NCBI GenBank assembly: GCA_964016885.1
Contig: OZ024745.1
Span: 21,824,001-21,888,000, forward strand
Source: Eledone cirrhosa
Taxonomy: Eukaryota
DNA: 64,000 nt
Direction of reading: 5' to 3'
Shown here: one piece after another, positions 57,301 to 64,000 of the stretch
How positions within the stretch are numbered: the stretch's first letter is position 1
Layout of the letters: every line of letters begins with the position of its first letter
Position numbers and translations under genes: made by a program
Notes under the pieces: model-generated
The model's database searches: none
What the model saw: the letters and a program-made list of their open reading frames with translations, nothing else
Told to the model about the DNA's origin: nothing

Positions 57301-60300
57301 TGTTCTATATAGTTATATTTCTGTTCTATATAGTTATAGTTCTGTTCTATATAGTTATTGTTCTGTTCTATATAGTTATGGTTCTGTTCTATCTAGTTAT
57401 GGTTCTGTTCTATATAGTTATATTTCTGTTCTTTATAGTTATTGTTCTGTTCTATATAGTTATGGTTCTGTTCTATATAGTTATGTTTCTGTTCTATATA
57501 GTTATATTTCTGTTCTGTATAGTTATTGTTCTGTTCTATATAGTTTTGGTTCTGTTCTATATAGTTATGGTTCTGTTCTATATAGTTATATTTCTGTTCT
57601 ATATAGTTATATTTCTGTTCTATATAGTTATGGTTCTGTTCTGTATAGTTATGGTTCTGTTCTGTATAGTTATGGTACTGTTCTATATAGTTATGGTCCT
57701 GTTCTATATAGTTATGGTTCTGTTCTATATATTTATGGTTCTGTTCTATATAGTTATGGTTCTGTTCTATATAGTTATGGTTCTTTTCTATATAGTTATG
57801 GTTCTGTTCTATATAGTTATGGTTCTGTTCTATATAGTTATATTTCTGTTCTATATAGTTATTGTTCTGTTCTATATAGTTGTGGTTCTGTTCTATATAG
57901 TTATGGTTCTGTTCTATATAGTTATGGTTCTGTTCTATATAGTTATGGTTCTGTTCTATATAGTTATGGTTCTGTTCTGTATAGTTATGGTACTGTTCTA
58001 TATGGTTATGGTTCTGTTCTATATAGTTATGGTTCTGTTCTATATAGTTATGGTTCTGTTTTATATAGTTATATTTCTGTTCTATATAGTTATGGTTCTG
58101 TTCTGTATAGTTATGGTTCTGTTCTGTATAGTTATGGTTCTGTTCTATATAGTTATGGTTCTGTTCTGTATAGTTATGGTTCTGTTCTGTATAGTTATGG
58201 TACTGTTCTATATGGTTATGGTTCTGTTCTATATAGTTATGGTTCTGTTCTATATAGTTATATTTCTGTTCTATATAGTTATGGTTCTGTTCTATATAGT
58301 TATGGTTCTGTTCTATATAGTTATGGTTCTGTTCTATATAGTTATATTTCTGTTCTGTATAGTTATTGTTCTGTTCTATATAGTTATGGTTCTGTTCTAT
58401 ATAGTTATGGTTCTGTTCTATATAATTATATTTCTGTTCTGTATAGTTATTTTTCTGTTCTATATAGTTATGGTTCTGTTCTATATAGTTATGGTTCTGT
58501 TCTATATAGTTATGTTTCTGTTCTATATAGTTATGGTTCTGTTCTATATAGTTATGGTTCTGTTCTATATAGTTATGGTTCTGTTCTGTATAGTTATGGT
58601 TCTTTTCTATATAGTTATGGTTCTGTTCTATATAGTTATGGTTCTGTTCTATATAGTTATGGTTCTGTTCTGTATAGTTATGGTTCTGTTCTATATAGTT
58701 ATGGTTCTGCTCTATATAATTATGGTACTATTCTATATAGTTATGGTTCTGTTCTGTATAGTTATATTTCTGTTCTATATAGTTATGGTTCTGTTCTATA
58801 TAGTTATGATTCTGTTCTGTATAGTTATGGTTCTGTTCTATATAGTTATGGTTCTGTTCTATATAGTTATATTTCTGTTCTTTATAGTTATTGTTCTGTT
58901 CTATATAGTTATGGTTCTGTTCTATCTAGTTATGGTTCTGTTCTATATAGTTATGGTTCTGTTCTATATAGTTATATTTCTGTTCTATATAGTTATTGTT
59001 CTGTTCTATATAGTTATGGTTCTGTTCTATATAGTTATATTTCTGTTCTGTATAGTTATTGTTCTGTTCTATATAGTTTTGGTTCTGTTCTATATAGTTA
59101 TGGTTCTGTTCTATATAGTTATATTTCTGTTCTATATAGTTATATTTCTGTTCTATATAGTTATGGTTCTGTTCTGTATAGTTATGGTTCTGTTCTGTAT
59201 AGTTATGGTACTGTTCTATATAGTTATAGTCCTGTTCTATATAGTTATGGTTCTGTTCTATATATTTATGGTTCTGTTCTATATAGTTATGGTTCTGTTC
59301 TATATAGATATGGTTCTTTTCTATATAGTTATGGTTCTGTTCTATATAGTTATGGTTCTGTTCTATATAGTTATATTTCTGTTCTATATAGTTATTGTTC
59401 TGTTCTATATAGTTATGGTTCTGTTCTATATAGTTATGGTTCTGTTCTGTATAGTTATGGTTCTGTTCTATATAGTTATGGTTCTGTTCTGTATAGTTAT
59501 GGTTCTGTTCTATACAGTTATTGTTCTGTTCTATATACTTATGGTTCTGTTCTATATAGTTATGGTTCTGTTCTGTATAGTTATGGTTCTGTTCTATATA
59601 GCTATGGTTCTGTTCTGTATAGTTATGGTTCTGTTCTATATAGTTATGATTCTGTTCTATATAGATATATTTCTGTTCTATATAGTTATGGTACTGTTCT
59701 ATATAGTTATGGTTCTGTTCTGTATAGTTATGGTTCTGTTCTATACAGTTATGGTTCTGTTCTGTATAGTTATGGTTCTGTTCTATATAGTTATGGTTCT
59801 GTTCTATATAGTTATATTTCTGTTCTATGTAGTTATGGTTCTGTTCTATATAGTTATGATTCTGTTCTATCTAGTTATGGTTCTGTTCTGTATAGTTATG
59901 GTTCTGTTATGTATAGTTATGGTTCTGTTCTATATAGTTATATTTCTGTTCTATATAGTTATGGTTCTGTTCTGTATAGTTATGGTTCTGTTCTATATAG
60001 TTATATTTCTGTTCTATATAGATATGGTTCTGTTCTATACAGTTATGGTTCTGTTCTGTATAGTTATGGTTCTGTTCTATATAGTTATGGTTCTGTTCTA
60101 TATAGTTATGGTTCTGTTCTCTACAGTTATGCTTCTGTTCTGTATAGTTATGATTCTGTTCTATATAGTTATATTTCTGTTCTATATAGTTATGGTTCTG
60201 TTCTGTATAGTTATGGCTCTGTTCTGTATAGTAATTGTTCTGTTCTGTATAGTTACGGTTCTGTTCTATACAGTTATGGTTCTGTTCTATATAGTTATGG

Positions 60301-63300
60301 TTCTGTTCTATATAGTTATGGTTCTGTTCTATATAGTTATATTTCTGTTCTATATAGTTATGGTTCTGTTCTGTATAGTTATGGTTCTGTTCTGTATAGT
60401 TATGGTTCTGTTCTATATAGTTATGGTTCTGTTCTGTATAGTTATGGTTCTGTTCTGTATAGTTATGGGACTGTTCTATATGGTTATGTTTCTGTTCTAT
60501 ATAGTTATGGTTCTGTTCTATATAGTTATATTTCTGTTCTATATAGTTATGGTTCTGTTCTATATAGTTATGGTTCTGTTCTATATAGTTATGGTTCTGT
60601 TCTATATAGTTATGTTTCTATTCTGTATAGTTATTGTTCTGTTCTATCTAGTTATGGTTGTTTTCTATATAGTTATGGTTCTGTTCTATATAGTTATATT
60701 TCTGTTCTATATATTTATTGTTCTGTTCTATATAGTTATGGTTCTGTTCTATATAGTTATGGTTCTGTTCTATATAATTATATTTCTGTTCTGTATAGTT
60801 ATTTTTCTGTTCTATACAGTTATGCTTCTGTTCTGTATAGTTATGGTTCTGTTCTGTATAGTTACGGTTCTGTTCTATACAGTTATGGTTCTGTTCTATA
60901 TAGTTATGGTTCTGTTCTATATAGTTATGGTTCTGTTCTGTATAGTTATGGTACTGTTCTATATGGTTATGGTTCTGTTCTATATAGTTATGGTTCTGTT
61001 CTATATAGTTATGGTTCTGTTCTATATAGTTATATTTCTGTTCTATATAGTTATGGTTCTGTTCTGTATAGTTATGGTTCTGTTCTGTATAGTTATGGTT
61101 CTGTTCTATATAGTTATGGTTCTGTTCTGTATAGTTATGGTTCTGTTCTGTATAGTTATGGTACTGTTCTATATGGCTATGGTTCTGTTCTATATAGTTA
61201 TGGTTCTGTTCTATATAGTTATATTTCTGTTCTATATAGTTATGGTTCTGTTCTATATAGTTATGGTTCTGTTCTATATAGTTATGGTTCTGTTCTATAT
61301 AGTTATATTTCTGTTCTGTATAGTTATTGTTCTGTTCTATATAGTTATTGTTCTGTTCTATCTAGTTATGGTTGTTTTCTATATAGTTATGGTTCTGTTC
61401 TATATAGTTATATTTCTGTTCTATATATTTATTGTTCTGTTCTATATATTTATGGTTCTGTTCTATATAGTTATGGTTCTGTTGTATATAATTATATTTC
61501 TGTTCTGTATAGTTATTTTTCTGTTCTATATAGTTATGGTTCTGTTCTATATAGTTATGTTTCTGTTCTATATAGTTATGGTTCTGTTCTATATAGTTAT
61601 GGTTCTGTTCTATATAGTTATATTTCTGTTCTGTATAGTTATGGTTCTGTTCTATATAGTTATGGTTCTGTTCTATATAGTTATGTTTCTGTTCTATATA
61701 GTTATGGTTCTGTTCTATATAGTTATGGTTCTGTTCTATATAATTATGGTTCTGTTCTGTATAGTTATGGTTCTTTTCTATATAGGTATGGTTCTGTTCT
61801 ATATAGTTATGGTTCTGTTCTATATAGTTATGGTTCTGTTCTGTATAGTTATGGTTCTGTTCTATATAGTTATGGTTCTGCTCTATATAATTATGGTACT
61901 ATTCTATATAGTTATGGTTCTGTTCTATATAGTTATGGTTCTGTTCTATATAGTTATGGTTCTTTTCTATATAGTTATGGTTCTGTTCTATATAGTTATG
62001 GTTCTGTTCTATATAGTTATATTTCTGTTCTATATAGTTATTGTTCTGTTCTATATAGTTATGGTTCTGTTCTATATAGTTATGGTTCTGTTCTATATAA
62101 TTATGGTTCTGTTCTGTATAGTTATGGTTCTTTTCTATATAGGTATGGTTCTGTTCTATATAGTTATGGTTCTGTTCTATATAGTTATGGTTCTGTTCTG
62201 TATAGTTATGGTTCTGTTCTATATAGTTATCGTTCTGTTCTATATACTTATGGTTCTGTTCTATATAGTTATGGTTCTGTTCTGTATAGTTATGGTTCTG
62301 TTCTATATAGCTATGGTTCTGTTCTGTATAGTTATGGTTCTGTTCTATATAGTTATGATTCTGTTGTATATAGTTATATTTCTGTTCTATATAGTTATGG
62401 TACTGTTCTATATAGTTATGGTTCTGTTCTGTATAGTTATGGTTCTGTTCTATACAGTTATGGTTCTGTTCTGTATAGTTATGGTTCTGTTCTATATAGT
62501 TATGGTTCTGTTCTATATAGTTATATTTCTGTTCTATGTAGTTATGGTTCTGTTCTATATAGTTATGGTTCTGTTCTATCTAGTTATGGTTCTGTTCTGT
62601 ATAGTTATGGTTCTGTTCTGTATAGTTATGGTTCTGTTCTATATAGTTATATTTCTGTTCTATATAGTTATGGTTCTGTTCTGTATAGTTATGGTTCTCT
62701 TCTATATAGTTATATTTCTGTTCTATATAGTTATGGCTCTGTTCTATACAGTTATGGTTCCGTTCTGTATAGTTATGGTTCTGTTCTATATAGTTATGGT
62801 TCTGTTCTATATAGTTATGGTTCTGTTCTCTACAGTTATGCTTCTGTTCTGTATAGTTATGGTTCTGTTCTATATAGTTATATTTCTGTTCTATATAGTT
62901 ATGGTTCTGTTCTGTATAGTTATGGTTCTGTTCTGTATAGTAATTGTTCTGTTCTATATAGTTATGGTTCTGTTCTGTATAGTTACGCTTCTGTTCTATA
63001 CAGTTATGGTTCTGTTCTATATAGTTATGGTTCTGTTCTGTATAGTTATGGTTCTGTTCTGTATAGTTATGGTACTGTTCTATATGGCTATGGTTCTGTT
63101 CTATATAGTTATGGTTCTGTTCTATATAGTTATATTTCTGTTCTATATAGTTATGGTTCTGTTCTATATAGTTATGGTTCTGTTCTATATAGTTATGGTT
63201 CTGTTCTATATAGTTATATTTCTGTTCTGTATAGTTATTGTTCTGTTCTATATAGTTATTGTTCTGTTCTATCTCGTTATGGTTGTTTTCTATATAGTTA

Positions 63301-64000
63301 TGGTTCTGTTCTATATAGTTATATTTCTGTTCTATATATTTATTGTTCTGTTCTATATATTTATGGTTCTGTTCTATATAGTTATGGTTCTGTTGTATAT
63401 AATTATATTTCTGTTCTGTATAGTTATTTTTCTGTTCTATATAGTTATGGTTCTGTTCTATATAGTTATGTTTCTGTTCTATATAGTTATGGTTCTGTTC
63501 TATATAGTTATGGTTCTGTTCTATATAGTTATATTTCTGTTCTGTATAGTTATGGTTCTGTTCTATATAGTTATGGTTCTGTTCTATATAGTTATGTTTC
63601 TGTTCTATATAGTTATGGTTCTGTTCTATATAGTTATGGTTCTGTTCTATATAATTATGGTTCTGTTCTGTATAGTTATGGTTCTTTTCTATATAGGTAT
63701 GGTTCTGTTCTATATAGTTATGGTTCTGTTCTATATAGTTATGGTTCTGTTCTGTATAGTTATGGTTCTGTTCTATATAGTTATGGTTCTGCTCTATATA
63801 ATTATGGTACTATTCTATATAGTTATGGTTCTGTTCTATATAGTTATGGTTCTGTTCTATATAGTTATGGTTCTTTTCTATATAGTTATGGTTCTGTTCT
63901 ATATAGTTATGGTTCTGTTCTATATAGTTATATTTCTGTTCTATATAGTTATTGTTCTGTTCTATATAGTTATGGTTCTGTTCTATATAGTTATGGTTCT
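24352..64000. repeat. 21-bp satellite array, consensus GGTTCTGTTCTATATAGTTAT, ~1,890 units, runs off the window
   Basis: Continuous head-to-tail units in one orientation. Recurrent variants GG>AT/GT/TG, CTA>CTG, TCT>ACT and TAT>TAC, with rare indels. Confidence 0.99.

Noticed and set aside
24352-64000. CRISPR array
   Set aside because: No unique spacers, no cas genes, and a eukaryotic context.

Overview
Repeat-dominated eukaryotic DNA with no supportable host protein-coding gene. The SINE types and dense (TA)n/(CA)n microsatellites suggest an invertebrate, possibly a cephalopod (inference). Bases 1-24.3 kb hold decayed retroelements: a Tx1/L1-type ORF2, RTE-like and CR1-like fragments, a zinc-knuckle ORF1, tRNA-derived SINEs, and two Penelope-like element (PLE) coding fragments (one GIY-YIG endonuclease, one reverse transcriptase). 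They also hold many short non-coding modules inserted in (TA)n tracts. Most modules are fold-back inverted repeats with a one-sided tail, and many carry hand-folded type I hammerhead ribozyme (HHR) motifs with tiny stem III and often long stem II. One module has two HHRs in tandem 530 nt apart, like a retrozyme. Bases 24.35-64 kb are a 21-bp satellite (GGTTCTGTTCTATATAGTTAT) with nested higher-order duplications; its giant ORFs are artefacts. All family assignments and RNA folds were made by eye, with no database search.
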